A stretch of DNA of 23,262 nucleotides from Fibrobacterota bacterium (GTDB taxonomy: Bacteria > Fibrobacterota > Fibrobacteria > UBA11236), in contig JAYUVP010000070.1 in NCBI GenBank assembly GCA_043753995.1, positions 1 through 23,262 of the forward strand. Reading direction: 5' to 3'. The position numbers and the translations under genes are program-made. Below, one piece after another: positions 1 to 9,039 of this stretch (position 1 is the first letter of the stretch; each line of letters starts with the position of its first letter). Below the pieces are notes generated by a model. The model saw only the letters and a program-made list of their open reading frames with translations. It did no database searches and was not told the origin of the DNA.

Positions 1-90
1 TCGTATGAAAACCTTCGCTTACGTGACCGTCATCATCCATATCAAACTCCTTTAAAAAGTCATCCCAAGCATATTGTCCATCTATGAGCC

Positions 91-954
91 ATGAACCCCT
101 ATGCGACTCGCGCCTATGCTTGGAAAGGTCATATTGTACACGTTGGTCAAGACTCTCCGAATACTATCGCCATAGGCCTTTTTAATATCACAACCAAAAA
201 GGACTCAACCCTAAATAAAACGGCTAGTCCTGGAGTTGAAACAAACGCTGGGTATGTTATTCCCTATTCAAATGCATTTTCAGGATCCAAGCTTTTCTTT
301 ATTCATGCTAAACATCCTGATTTTCCTGGCTCAAACTTATTCTACTACGATTTGGAATCCGGTTTATGGAGTAAAGAGCTGAACTTGCCTGGTAATGTTC
401 TCGAAAATGGCGCTGTGGTATCGAATGGAAAGCTTTACGTGATCACACGGAGCCAATATCAATATATGGGTGATTCCGCCGGAATTTTCGAGTTGGATCT
501 TGCCACCCACATTTGGGCCCCTAAAAAACGCAGGATCTTCCTCAGTTTGGTCGCCTTGATTAATATTAATGAAACGATTTTCTTAACGAATATTATTAAC
601 GGGCCTTTTACGACTGGCATTGAAACTTACAATCCCATTACGGACACATGGTCATCCATGCCGACTCCACAGAGACTAGCTCAAATCTTGAGTGCGCAAC
701 TCGTGGGGCTGAATAATAAGGTTTATACTCTGGGTGGCTACGTTGATAATGTTGACAACCATACGACGTCGGTCAATTCAACTCAAGTGGATGTCTACAA
801 TCCGGCACAGAATTCTTGGGCTCCGGCGCCAAACTACCTATTGGCAAGGGGATATCCTGGGTTGGTTTCCCTGGGGACAAGCATTTACATAGTGAGTGGG
901 CAAACTCAATCAAATGACATCACCCCCACCGTGGAAGAATATCACCCCGAGTAA
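91..954 (+). CDS. Kelch-repeat (beta-propeller) protein, possibly the 3' part of a longer gene
   Basis: Kelch-type repeats: IETYNPITDTW, NNKVYTLGG...VDVYNPAQNSW, TSIYIVSG...VEEYHP, NGKLYVI...IFELDLATHIW. AT-richer than neighbours (181-240: 22/60 GC). No signal peptide; start uncertain. Confidence 0.8.
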   Translation: MNPYATRAYAWKGHIVHVGQDSPNTIAIGLFNITTKKDSTLNKTASPGVETNAGYVIPYSNAFSGSKLFFIHAKHPDFPGSNLFYYDLESGLWSKELNLPGNVLENGAVVSNGKLYVITRSQYQYMGDSAGIFELDLATHIWAPKKRRIFLSLVALININETIFLTNIINGPFTTGIETYNPITDTWSSMPTPQRLAQILSAQLVGLNNKVYTLGGYVDNVDNHTTSVNSTQVDVYNPAQNSWAPAPNYLLARGYPGLVSLGTSIYIVSGQTQSNDITPTVEEYHPE

Positions 955-967
955 GAGCGCTGTAACC

Positions 968-2008
968 CTAAGCCGAAGGCGTCGGCAAAGGATTCCTCTC
1001 CTGAAATCCAAGCTGATGCCAATAGGGGTAAGTCCGTGGCAAAGCGCTCGCGGCATCCAGTTTGGCGACTTGCTCCGTCGTGAGCGACCAGCCGACTGCA
1101 CCCAGGTTGTCGCGCAATTGGGCTTCATTGCGCGCCCCGATGATCACGGTCGCAACCGTGGGACGGCGTAGCAGCCAGTTGAGCGCAATCTGAGGTACGG
1201 TCTTTCCCGTCTCTTTCGCCACGGCATCGATGGCATCGACGACACGGTAGAGATACTCGTCCTCCACCTGCGGCCCGAGGTCGACAACAAGTTGGCTGTG
1301 CAGGCGACTTGTTGTCGACTTGGGTTGTCCGCGGCGTAACTTGCCGGTTAACCGACCCCAACCCAGAGGGCTCCACACCACGGTTCCCACGCCTTGATCG
1401 AGGGCGAGTGGCATGAGCTCCCATTCAAAGTCGCGGCCAATGAGGGAATAATAGGCCTGATGAGCTACATGGCGAGCCAGACCTTCACGCTCCGAAATAG
1501 CGAGCGACTTCATCAAATGCCAACCGGAAAAATTCGAGGCGCCGATATAGCGGATTTTTCCCGCCTTCACTAGGTCGTCCAAGGTGCGCAAGGTTTCTTC
1601 TATGGGTGTCAGTGCGTCGAAGGCATGCAATTGATAGAGATCGATATAGTCCGTGCCGAGGCGCTTCAAACTGCCTTCGACCGCGCGCGTGAGATGCCAG
1701 CGCGAAGATCCCATGTCATTGGGGCCATTGCCCAATCGCATCGATCCCTTGGTCGAAATCAGTACTTGATGACGGCGCCCTTTAATGGCATCGCCCAACA
1801 CTTCTTCCGAACCGCCATCCGAATAAATGTCCGCCGAGTCGAATAGGGTCAATCCGGCTTCCAAGCAAATATCCACTAGGCGCGATGCGCCTTGGGCATC
1901 GGTATTGCCCCATTCCTTGAAAAAATTGCCACGGCCAGCAAAAGTTCCCGTTCCCAAAGTGAGTTCGGGCACTTTGAATCCTGAATTTCCTAGTTGTCTG
2001 AATTCCAT
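968..2008 (-). CDS. Aldo/keto reductase
   Basis: MEFRQLGNSG..LGTGTF, FDSADIYSDG.SEE, ISTK, SLKRLGTDYIDLYQLH, GKIRYIGASN, WSPLGWGRLTGK, IIGARN. The catalytic D/Y/K/H tetrad motifs are present. Confidence 0.95.
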   Translation of the reverse strand: MEFRQLGNSGFKVPELTLGTGTFAGRGNFFKEWGNTDAQGASRLVDICLEAGLTLFDSADIYSDGGSEEVLGDAIKGRRHQVLISTKGSMRLGNGPNDMGSSRWHLTRAVEGSLKRLGTDYIDLYQLHAFDALTPIEETLRTLDDLVKAGKIRYIGASNFSGWHLMKSLAISEREGLARHVAHQAYYSLIGRDFEWELMPLALDQGVGTVVWSPLGWGRLTGKLRRGQPKSTTSRLHSQLVVDLGPQVEDEYLYRVVDAIDAVAKETGKTVPQIALNWLLRRPTVATVIIGARNEAQLRDNLGAVGWSLTTEQVAKLDAASALPRTYPYWHQLGFQERNPLPTPSA

Positions 2009-2030
2009 GTTGACTTCTTTCGGTAACTTC

Positions 2031-3038
2031 TCAAACCGTCAAAACGATTTTGCCGCGTGCTTGGCCGCTCACCAAATAGGCCAAAGCCTTGCGCGCTTCG
2101 TTCAGGGGAAAAACCGCCCCCACTTGCGGGTGGATCTTACCGTCCTCAATCATATCGGCCAGACTTCGCATTAAAGGGCCACTTTGTATCGAAAAGGAGC
2201 CCTTGGGCAATTGCTTATCGAATTGCGCTTTTAGCATGAGACCCATAGCGCGCGGTAGCACACCCCAAAAGGGACTGACATCCTTTCCGAAATGATCGTG
2301 GCCGATATAAACGTATTTGCCGTCAGGTGTGAGCTTGGATCGCCATTGTTTCAGATTCAGATTGGAATAAATGTCATGGATAATGTCGAGTCGTCCCGTG
2401 ATTTTAGACGGGTCAAGTTGGGAGGGATAAATGACTTGATCCGCGCCTAGAGCCTTCAAATAGTCGGCCTTTTCCGGCACATCCACGGCAATGACTTCGG
2501 CACCATAGGCCTTGGCGATTTGCACGGCGAAGGATCCCAGAGCCCCGCCAGCGCCATTGATCAAAACCCTTTGTCCTGCGCGCAATCCACCCTCATGGAG
2601 GAGACTGCGAAGCGCAATGATGCCGGAGGTCGGTACGGCCGCAGCTTCTTCAAAGGAAAGCCGGGTCGGTTTAAAAGCTAATGCCGCTTCGGAGACGGCC
2701 ACATATTCAGCGAAGGCGCCGCCATTATTCCATTGATTGAGCGTCACGGTTTCGCCGAATACCGGGTCTCCCACCTTGAATCGCGTCACCTTGGCGCCGA
2801 CTTTCTCGACTATCCCCGCCATATCGGTGCCCGGGATGCGATTCTTGGGCTTGCTCAAGCCCGCGCCGAATAGACGCAGCAAAAAGGGCCGACCCATGAC
2901 CATATGCCAAATGTCGGCATGCATGGAAGTGGCGCGTATGCGCACCAGCACTTGATCGTCGGTCGGGGTCGGCAACTCGGCTTCCCCGTAATGCAAGTCG
3001 TCTGGGTAACCGTAACACTCTTGGAGTATGGCTTTCAT
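2031..3038 (-). CDS. NAD(P)-dependent medium-chain dehydrogenase/reductase (quinone oxidoreductase-like)
   Basis: MKAI start, IPGTDMAGIVEKVGAKVTRFKVGD, GAFAEY, LSFEEAAAVP, VLINGAGGALG Rossmann motif, GKIVL end. GGAG SD upstream of ATG 3038 supports this start over GTG 3053. Confidence 0.92.
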   Translation of the reverse strand: MKAILQECYGYPDDLHYGEAELPTPTDDQVLVRIRATSMHADIWHMVMGRPFLLRLFGAGLSKPKNRIPGTDMAGIVEKVGAKVTRFKVGDPVFGETVTLNQWNNGGAFAEYVAVSEAALAFKPTRLSFEEAAAVPTSGIIALRSLLHEGGLRAGQRVLINGAGGALGSFAVQIAKAYGAEVIAVDVPEKADYLKALGADQVIYPSQLDPSKITGRLDIIHDIYSNLNLKQWRSKLTPDGKYVYIGHDHFGKDVSPFWGVLPRAMGLMLKAQFDKQLPKGSFSIQSGPLMRSLADMIEDGKIHPQVGAVFPLNEARKALAYLVSGQARGKIVLTV

Positions 3039-3126
3039 TGGAGCTCCTGCCACAGCTCACGCTGTTCACCCCAATTTACTTTGCCAACGCCGCATACTTT
3101 GTTTTAATGGTTTCAATAAGCTCTAG

Positions 3127-4806
3127 TCACCTGACCTGCACCCAAAGAGTGTCTAATGAAAACATGTTTCCCCGCCGCACACGAAAGATGTAAAGCGGAT
3201 TGGTGGCAGAATTGGGGGCTACGATACTCAGGGAATCACCGGCTACCTGTTTGAAGCCCGTATTGTTGACATTCCATTCCTTGATCAAGGCGGAATCGTT
3301 CCAACCCACAACTACGCCTTTTGCTGTGAGGGTGGAGTTGCGCGCTACCTCCGTGGGAAATTGCGGCAAATGAAAGGCCGAGTCCGATGGGAATTGCACT
3401 AAAATACGCGCTTGAAAGGCCGTATCCACCGTGGGCAAGGTATCGATAGGTGGCAAAGTATCAACTGGCCCAGCGGTGTCCACCCACGAAACCACCGAAT
3501 CGAAGTTTGGGATATACAATGACGTCCTAATCGATCGACCCGAGGCATCGAATAATTTCGCCTCTAAAATGATGGATGAATCCTTCAACTGGATCCGCAA
3601 GGTGTCGCGCCCAGCCACCGTATTCACCTGGCGGTTGCTCCGCGTTATTGTGAAGCCACGAGTATTGTATAGAGCATATTCCAAGGTTTTTGGAGTCACG
3701 GTCACTCCCTGCCAGCGCGCTTCGATGCGGACGGTATCACCCCGCCTGTGCGGCCTTGGCGACATGTCGATAAGGCTTAAAATTCCAAAACTGGCGTAAG
3801 TCGATACGGCTCTAACATCGATCATTTCAAAGGGTTGGCCAAAGCCGCCCGACTTGGGAATCACCACCACACGGTATTCCCAATTTTGGGTTTCGGAATC
3901 GAGAATGGTATCCGTGCCAGCCGAATCCCTCCACTGGCTGAAAGACAAAGTATCGAAGAAGGTCGTTCCCGTGATGCGCCGGGTATTATAAGGTTGGGTG
4001 GAAAGGTTGACGGCGCCGGCCGGGTCACGAAAGACGGCATATCCCGCTATTTGGGTGGACTGCACGGCATTCCAATTAAGGGTCACTATGCCGCGCGTCG
4101 AATCGTAGCTAGCCCGAAGCCCGGTCACCGTTGGAACACCCGTGAAGGGCAGGGCCAAAGTGTCTTGGAGCACATTGGCTTTTCCCGCCACGACGCGAGT
4201 GGCGAAAAAAAGTGGCGCGTACTCCGTGATGGTTGAAACAATTCGCAATCGATAATCTCCGCCTGCCATACCGCTTAAGACAAAGCGGCCCGCGGCATCG
4301 ACATTGGTGTAAATATCGGTGCCTAGCACTTGAACCGTGGCGCTGCGAGGATCATGAACGGGTTGCACGCGCACGAATCCAGACAAGGTGGCGGGCGCTT
4401 TTAAGGTATCCGCAGGCAAAGCCGTCACGCCTGGCGCGAGAAAAACCGAGTCGCGAAAGGCGCGCAAACTGTCCTTGCTGATGAGCACATTGTATTGCCC
4501 CGCTGATATGGAATCGAGTCGAAACCTTCCCTCGGCATCGGTACGGGTTTCCCACACCAGACTCGACTTTCGTGCCGCCTTGGCTAATGAGCTCCCAGGA
4601 ATATGATCTACCGTAAAAACTCGCACTAAGGCATTGTCCACGGGATGGCCCTTGCCATCTTTCACACCCTTGGCGAATTGCTCATTCTCGACCTCAGAAC
4701 CTATGGAACCGCAGCCATTCCAAACCGACAGTGACACGGTGACCAAGAAAGCGCATACGAGGGCAACCGGACGACGAGGAATTTGCGGAGAAGGTAACTG
4801 GAACAT
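3127..4806 (-). CDS. Lipoprotein with two carboxypeptidase-regulatory-like (beta-sandwich) domains, an FN3-like domain and Ig-like C-terminal region
   Basis: Hydrophobic leader ending WNG-C then GSIGSEVEN. Repeated TRTDAEGRF..SISAGQYNV / TNVDAAGRF.LSGMAGGDYRL. FN3-like VTLNWNA...GYAVFR...YRV. GGGAG SD. Confidence 0.75.
   Translation of the reverse strand: MFQLPSPQIPRRPVALVCAFLVTVSLSVWNGCGSIGSEVENEQFAKGVKDGKGHPVDNALVRVFTVDHIPGSSLAKAARKSSLVWETRTDAEGRFRLDSISAGQYNVLISKDSLRAFRDSVFLAPGVTALPADTLKAPATLSGFVRVQPVHDPRSATVQVLGTDIYTNVDAAGRFVLSGMAGGDYRLRIVSTITEYAPLFFATRVVAGKANVLQDTLALPFTGVPTVTGLRASYDSTRGIVTLNWNAVQSTQIAGYAVFRDPAGAVNLSTQPYNTRRITGTTFFDTLSFSQWRDSAGTDTILDSETQNWEYRVVVIPKSGGFGQPFEMIDVRAVSTYASFGILSLIDMSPRPHRRGDTVRIEARWQGVTVTPKTLEYALYNTRGFTITRSNRQVNTVAGRDTLRIQLKDSSIILEAKLFDASGRSIRTSLYIPNFDSVVSWVDTAGPVDTLPPIDTLPTVDTAFQARILVQFPSDSAFHLPQFPTEVARNSTLTAKGVVVGWNDSALIKEWNVNNTGFKQVAGDSLSIVAPNSATNPLYIFRVRRGNMFSLDTLWVQVR
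3418..3483 (-). repeat. Degenerate 18-bp (6-aa) tandem repeat encoding VDTAGP-VDTLPP-IDTLPT-VDTA
   Basis: Read directly from the translation; a Pro/Thr-rich linker. Confidence 0.8.
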
Positions 4807-4818
4807 GACGTACTCCCG

Positions 4819-5643
4819 TCAATCACTGAGAGGGAAAAGTTGCAAATTGAGTTGATAAACTCGCGAGGCCCGCTTGTCTTTCGCTGAACGTTCCAAAAGC
4901 CTGCGGCGCAAGGCCTTCAACTCTTCGCCGGCCTCCGCCAAGGCCTCTTCCGAAAGCGCCAGGGTAATACAAGAAATGTCGCGCTCTTTTTCGGAGAAAC
5001 GCTCCAGGCTTTGCTTTGCCAAGTCCATCAGGCTTTCGAGATAGCGATGCAAATGCGGCGATCGGTGGCGCTTGTCTTTTTTCACCAAAGGCGTGCTGGT
5101 CACGAGTTGGCCTTGGGCATTCTTGGCGAGAAAGCCCAGGCTTTCGAGTAGCTCCAGGGAATGCCGCACTTGCGCCGCCGTGATAGACGGCTGCAATCGC
5201 TTGCCCAAGGCCGCCAAATCACGTTGCGGCGCACCTAAAAGCAAAAGTTCACGCAAGGCAGGATGGTACCAGTCGCTGTAAAAATCAAACCTTTCCTTAC
5301 CCACCAGATCGACTTGCAATTCCTTGAAGCTGAGCATTTTATTGAGCTGCAAGCGTCGCTCGGCTTCGGAATTGGACTGGGTAAAACGCACCAAGGCTTC
5401 GAAGTATTCGGTCTCGCGACGATTGAGCTGCAAAGCTTCGGCCAGCTTGGGCAAATACCGATCGGAAAGTTTTAACCGACCATTCAAAACATCAGCCAGC
5501 CAACCCTTCGACTTGGCCCCAACCTTGTCTATCCAATAGCGCTGGGATAAATGTCCATTACGGGTCTTGGCTTCGACCAGGAAATCACGAAGAAATCGTT
5601 TAAAGTCATCGTAGCGAAAGACATCGACCGTTGCGCGGGTCAT
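4819..5643 (-). CDS. TIGR02147 family protein (N-terminal XRE-like HTH plus DUF4423-like domain)
   Basis: VFRYDDFKRFLRD, LSQR...GAKSKGWLADVLNGR, ETEYFEALVRF, FYSDWYHPALREL, LQPSITAAQVRHSLELLESLG, ERDIS..TL, RVYQLNLQLFPL. 274 aa is typical for the family. Confidence 0.9.
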   Translation of the reverse strand: MTRATVDVFRYDDFKRFLRDFLVEAKTRNGHLSQRYWIDKVGAKSKGWLADVLNGRLKLSDRYLPKLAEALQLNRRETEYFEALVRFTQSNSEAERRLQLNKMLSFKELQVDLVGKERFDFYSDWYHPALRELLLLGAPQRDLAALGKRLQPSITAAQVRHSLELLESLGFLAKNAQGQLVTSTPLVKKDKRHRSPHLHRYLESLMDLAKQSLERFSEKERDISCITLALSEEALAEAGEELKALRRRLLERSAKDKRASRVYQLNLQLFPLSD

Positions 5644-5649
5644 GATGGT

Positions 5650-5655
5650 AAGGTA
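5650..5655 (-). promoter_or_regulatory. Putative -10 element (TACCTT) for a leaderless TIGR02147 transcript
   Basis: TACCTT-ACCATC-ATG, with no SD. Confidence 0.5.
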
Positions 5656-5765
5656 AAATCACAAGCCTGCATTGCCTGCTCGGATGCGCTCTTTTTCGCT
5701 CTGTAGGGCAGAGCAAAACCGCCTTTCCTTCGTCACTTTTCGCGATAAGTGGAGCCGAAACTGCC

Positions 5766-5794
5766 TTGGGTACGAAGCAGCCAAGGGGTATATT
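5766..5794 (+). promoter_or_regulatory. Putative sigma70 promoter of the histidine kinase
   Basis: TTGGGT-N17-TATATT, followed by GAGG SD and ATG 5825. Confidence 0.5.
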
Positions 5795-5824
5795 CCGAGT
5801 CAAATCCCTCGGAAGTGAGGCTTC

Positions 5825-7123
5825 ATGCAAGACGCAACAGCCTTGAAATCTCCCCTACCTACCCATTCCGCCGACTTTGGGGAAGCCTTTGACGCCATTT
5901 CCATCCTACCCGGCATCTCGCTGAGGCAGGTCTTGGGGCAGGTGACTTCGCTGGCGGCGCTAGCCCTCGGGGTGCAAAGGGTGAGCATTTGGCGTTTAGT
6001 TGCCGATGGCAGCATTTTGATTTGTGAATACTTGCACCAAGAAGGCCAGCATGGGGTCTTCGAAGGTTGCATTCTCCGCGCCAAAGATTTTCCCAGCTAC
6101 TTCAAAGCCCTGAGGAATCAAAACATCATCCCCGTCGACGATGTACAAGGCGCCGCATTCATGGAGGAATTTCACCAACTTTACCTAGAGCCTCTCGGAA
6201 TCACATCCATGCTGGACGCACCGCTTCTCCATGGTAGCGAGGTTTGCGGTGTGGTTTGCCACGAAAGCGTGGGCCAAAAGCGGCGGTGGTCGGCCCAGGA
6301 TTGTGATATCGCGACTAAAATCGCATCCACCATTACTCGCCTGCACCGGGAATCCTTGGAGCAAAAATGGCAACGCCCGCTTGGCAATTTTCAGGAGCGT
6401 ACCGCAGCTTTGGAACGCATGGCAACCTTCGGGAGACTTGCCGCTGGCATGGCGCATGACTTCAAGAATATTCTCGGGGTCATATCCGGCTATATTGAAT
6501 TATTGGCGCAACCGTCAGAAGTCGGCATCACTTTAGATCCGGAACGAATTTCGACCTATGCTCGGGAAATTCTAATCACGGTGGAAAAAGGCGAAAGCAT
6601 CACCCAAGAATTAATGTCCTTGGGTCATGAAGAGACCCATCAGCCCACCGTGCTGGACCTGGGGCTCTTTATTAATGAATGTCACTCTTTGCTTACCATG
6701 GCGGTCAAACCGAACATTGCATTGACTATGGAAGTCGCCCCCCAGGTCAGCCGCATTTTCATGGACAAGCGGCACTTGGAACGCGTGCTGCTTAATCTTG
6801 TGATCAATGCCGGAGATGCCATGCCGACCGGTGGCAAGATTCGCTTAAGGCTATCGGAAATACAACGGGCCCAGGCCAGCGGTGAGAGCGATTGTCTGGT
6901 AGCGGTCGAAGTCGTGGATCAAGGAATTGGCATGACCAAGGAAATTCAGCAGCGGATTTTCGAACCGTTTTTCACCACCAAGGGTAAGGGAGGTACCGGG
7001 TTGGGAATGGCCATCGTTGGCCAAATCGTTTCACTGGCGGCGGGAACCGTCGAAGTCGAATCCGAATTAGGCCACGGCACCACGATTCGACTTTTATTTC
7101 CACGCATCGGCAGTCCCGTTTAG
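5825..7123 (+). CDS. Soluble GAF-domain sensor histidine kinase
   Basis: GAF (VQRVSIW...YLEPLGITSMLDAP...GVVCHE), H-box GMAHDFKNIL, N-box LLNLVINAGDA, G1 DQGIGM, F IFEPFFTTK, G2 GTGLGM. No TM segments. Confidence 0.93.
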   Translation: MQDATALKSPLPTHSADFGEAFDAISILPGISLRQVLGQVTSLAALALGVQRVSIWRLVADGSILICEYLHQEGQHGVFEGCILRAKDFPSYFKALRNQNIIPVDDVQGAAFMEEFHQLYLEPLGITSMLDAPLLHGSEVCGVVCHESVGQKRRWSAQDCDIATKIASTITRLHRESLEQKWQRPLGNFQERTAALERMATFGRLAAGMAHDFKNILGVISGYIELLAQPSEVGITLDPERISTYAREILITVEKGESITQELMSLGHEETHQPTVLDLGLFINECHSLLTMAVKPNIALTMEVAPQVSRIFMDKRHLERVLLNLVINAGDAMPTGGKIRLRLSEIQRAQASGESDCLVAVEVVDQGIGMTKEIQQRIFEPFFTTKGKGGTGLGMAIVGQIVSLAAGTVEVESELGHGTTIRLLFPRIGSPV

Positions 7124-7156
7124 GTATGGGTTCAAATAATTCGCACTTTTAGAATC

Positions 7157-7630
7157 ATGGCTAACTCTTCCATTCCGAATCCGCAAACCCTTTTCCATCC
7201 AGAGACCAATGCCGCGATGGTGGCTCGCATTCAGGCATTGCCTGTCGATGCTAGCGCGCGATGGGGTAAAATGACAGCTTCACAAATGATGGCCCATTGC
7301 GGAGTCCCCATACTGATGCATTTTGGTCGAGTGAAAGCCACTCGCAGCTTTATTGGAAGGCTTTTCGGTCGCATTGCCAAAAAGAGCTTGCTTGGCTCGG
7401 CCCCATTTCGCCACAGTCTGCCGACAGATAAGCGTTTCCTGATAAACCATGCTCCAAACTTCGCGATTGAGCGCGACAAGCTGGTTGAGGCGGTAAAGCT
7501 TTTTGTTTCGCCAGGCCGCGCCGGGCTTTCAAGTGAGCCACATCCTTTTTTCGGGCCGATGTCCTTTGACGAAATCGAGATCCTTCAGCGTAAGCATCTG
7601 AACCATCATTTAGGGCAATTTGGGGGCTGA
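7157..7630 (+). CDS. DUF1569 family protein (DinB/YfiT-like superfamily)
   Basis: WGKMTASQMMAHC, HPFFGPM, KHLNHHLGQFG. Confidence 0.88.
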   Translation: MANSSIPNPQTLFHPETNAAMVARIQALPVDASARWGKMTASQMMAHCGVPILMHFGRVKATRSFIGRLFGRIAKKSLLGSAPFRHSLPTDKRFLINHAPNFAIERDKLVEAVKLFVSPGRAGLSSEPHPFFGPMSFDEIEILQRKHLNHHLGQFGG

Positions 7631-9019
7631 CTCGGACAGCGCGGCGACATGATTCAGGACTTCGCGATGAATGCGATGAATGATGAAATCGCCCCACAGA
7701 CTCCAATAGCCTTCCGGCCTCAGGCCATGCACGTACCAAGTCGTCCCCGTAACCCGCGTGTGTCCATGAGGCAAAGCTTCGAGGCGAAATTCACCATGCT
7801 TTGAAGCGAAATAACCATGCAAATGCGGCGCGGCCACTTCGCCGAAGGGGTTGCTTTCCCGCATGGGGGCGGGCGACTGAGTGACATCGAAGGCCAAATG
7901 ATGAGGCGGATTCCAAACCGTGATAGGCTCTTCAAAGGATCCCGTGGAGAACTCACAATGCCGCAAAGCCCCGACGCCTTCTCCGTCAATGCGCGCCCGC
8001 AGGGGATAGGCCAAGCCATAGCGGAAAATCCAATGCGTCGGCGGCGGCAATTCCGAAAAGGTCACGACATGTCGCCAGATGGTTTCCGGAGGCGCAGCCA
8101 CCACGCGCTCGGTGGCAACGCGATGCGTCACGGGAAGGTTACCGTAACCGGCATCGGCCACCAGGGAAAGCGGCAGGCCCAGGGCCAATGAGGCGAGCGC
8201 ATGGGAGGTGCGATGACCCGTTTCCTTGCGCAATCCACGCTGCACATAAACGCCTAGGCAGGTGAAAAGGGCAGCAATCGGGGCGCACATGACTATGCAA
8301 ACCAAGCCCTCCCAGGTGAGCAATAGCAAGAGCGATCCAAAGAGGCAAAGGGCGAGCAAGGCTTTGGGGATGGCGAAGCGATCCACCGACCCAGTCAATG
8401 CGGAAGTCGCCATACCGATGCCAAAAGGCAAACCCAGAAATAGCGGCATGCCATAGGACTTCAACCCCTTTAAAGCAAGAGCAGCCAACAAAAACCCCGC
8501 GCCAGCTGGCACGACAACAGCAGCCACAACCGTGATCCAAGGCGAACCCCAAAAACCTTTTTTTCGGCTGTCCGCCTGCCAACTTCGCTCCTGAATATCA
8601 CCCGTGCGAGACGCAACTTTCCCATTCTCATCCACGTCCGGAGGCGCAAGCAAAAGCAAGAAGAACAACAAATTGAAAAGCGGAATGAAAAAGACCAAAC
8701 ACCAAATCGAATTCCAGCCGATGGTGCGCAAACGCTTGACGGACATCGCCAAACCCAGAGCCATGAAAATAAAAGCCGTGCTTACCAAGCCGATCAGGGC
8801 TCCCAGGGAATGCCACTTTTCCAGGTGGAGCAAACCCAGCCATGGTGGACTAAGGATATAAGACCAGGCGACCATGCCCGGCAGGCCATTGAGCTGAAAC
8901 CAAAAAAAGTCCACCCCCCATTTGGCTATGGAAGCCATCAGGGCTATGCTCAAAAAGGTCCACCGGCCGCAGGTGCCGTTGAAATTCCAGGGATAAAGGG
9001 CGAGCTTAAGCCAATGCAT
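7610..9019 (-). CDS. Membrane protein: DUF805-like N-terminus, multi-TM core, C-terminal SRPBCC/START-like domain
   Basis: FNGTCGRWTF...SVKRLRTIGW...FFIPLFN (DUF805-like); WEGLVCIVMCAP TM region; VAAPPETIWRHV...GVGALRHCEFSTGSFEEPITVW...IHREVLNHV (SRPBCC-like). Overlaps the convergent gene by 21 bp. Confidence 0.8.
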   Translation of the reverse strand: MHWLKLALYPWNFNGTCGRWTFLSIALMASIAKWGVDFFWFQLNGLPGMVAWSYILSPPWLGLLHLEKWHSLGALIGLVSTAFIFMALGLAMSVKRLRTIGWNSIWCLVFFIPLFNLLFFLLLLAPPDVDENGKVASRTGDIQERSWQADSRKKGFWGSPWITVVAAVVVPAGAGFLLAALALKGLKSYGMPLFLGLPFGIGMATSALTGSVDRFAIPKALLALCLFGSLLLLLTWEGLVCIVMCAPIAALFTCLGVYVQRGLRKETGHRTSHALASLALGLPLSLVADAGYGNLPVTHRVATERVVAAPPETIWRHVVTFSELPPPTHWIFRYGLAYPLRARIDGEGVGALRHCEFSTGSFEEPITVWNPPHHLAFDVTQSPAPMRESNPFGEVAAPHLHGYFASKHGEFRLEALPHGHTRVTGTTWYVHGLRPEGYWSLWGDFIIHRIHREVLNHVAALSESAPKLP

Positions 9020-9039
9020 GGCATGAAGGTAGGTCGTGC

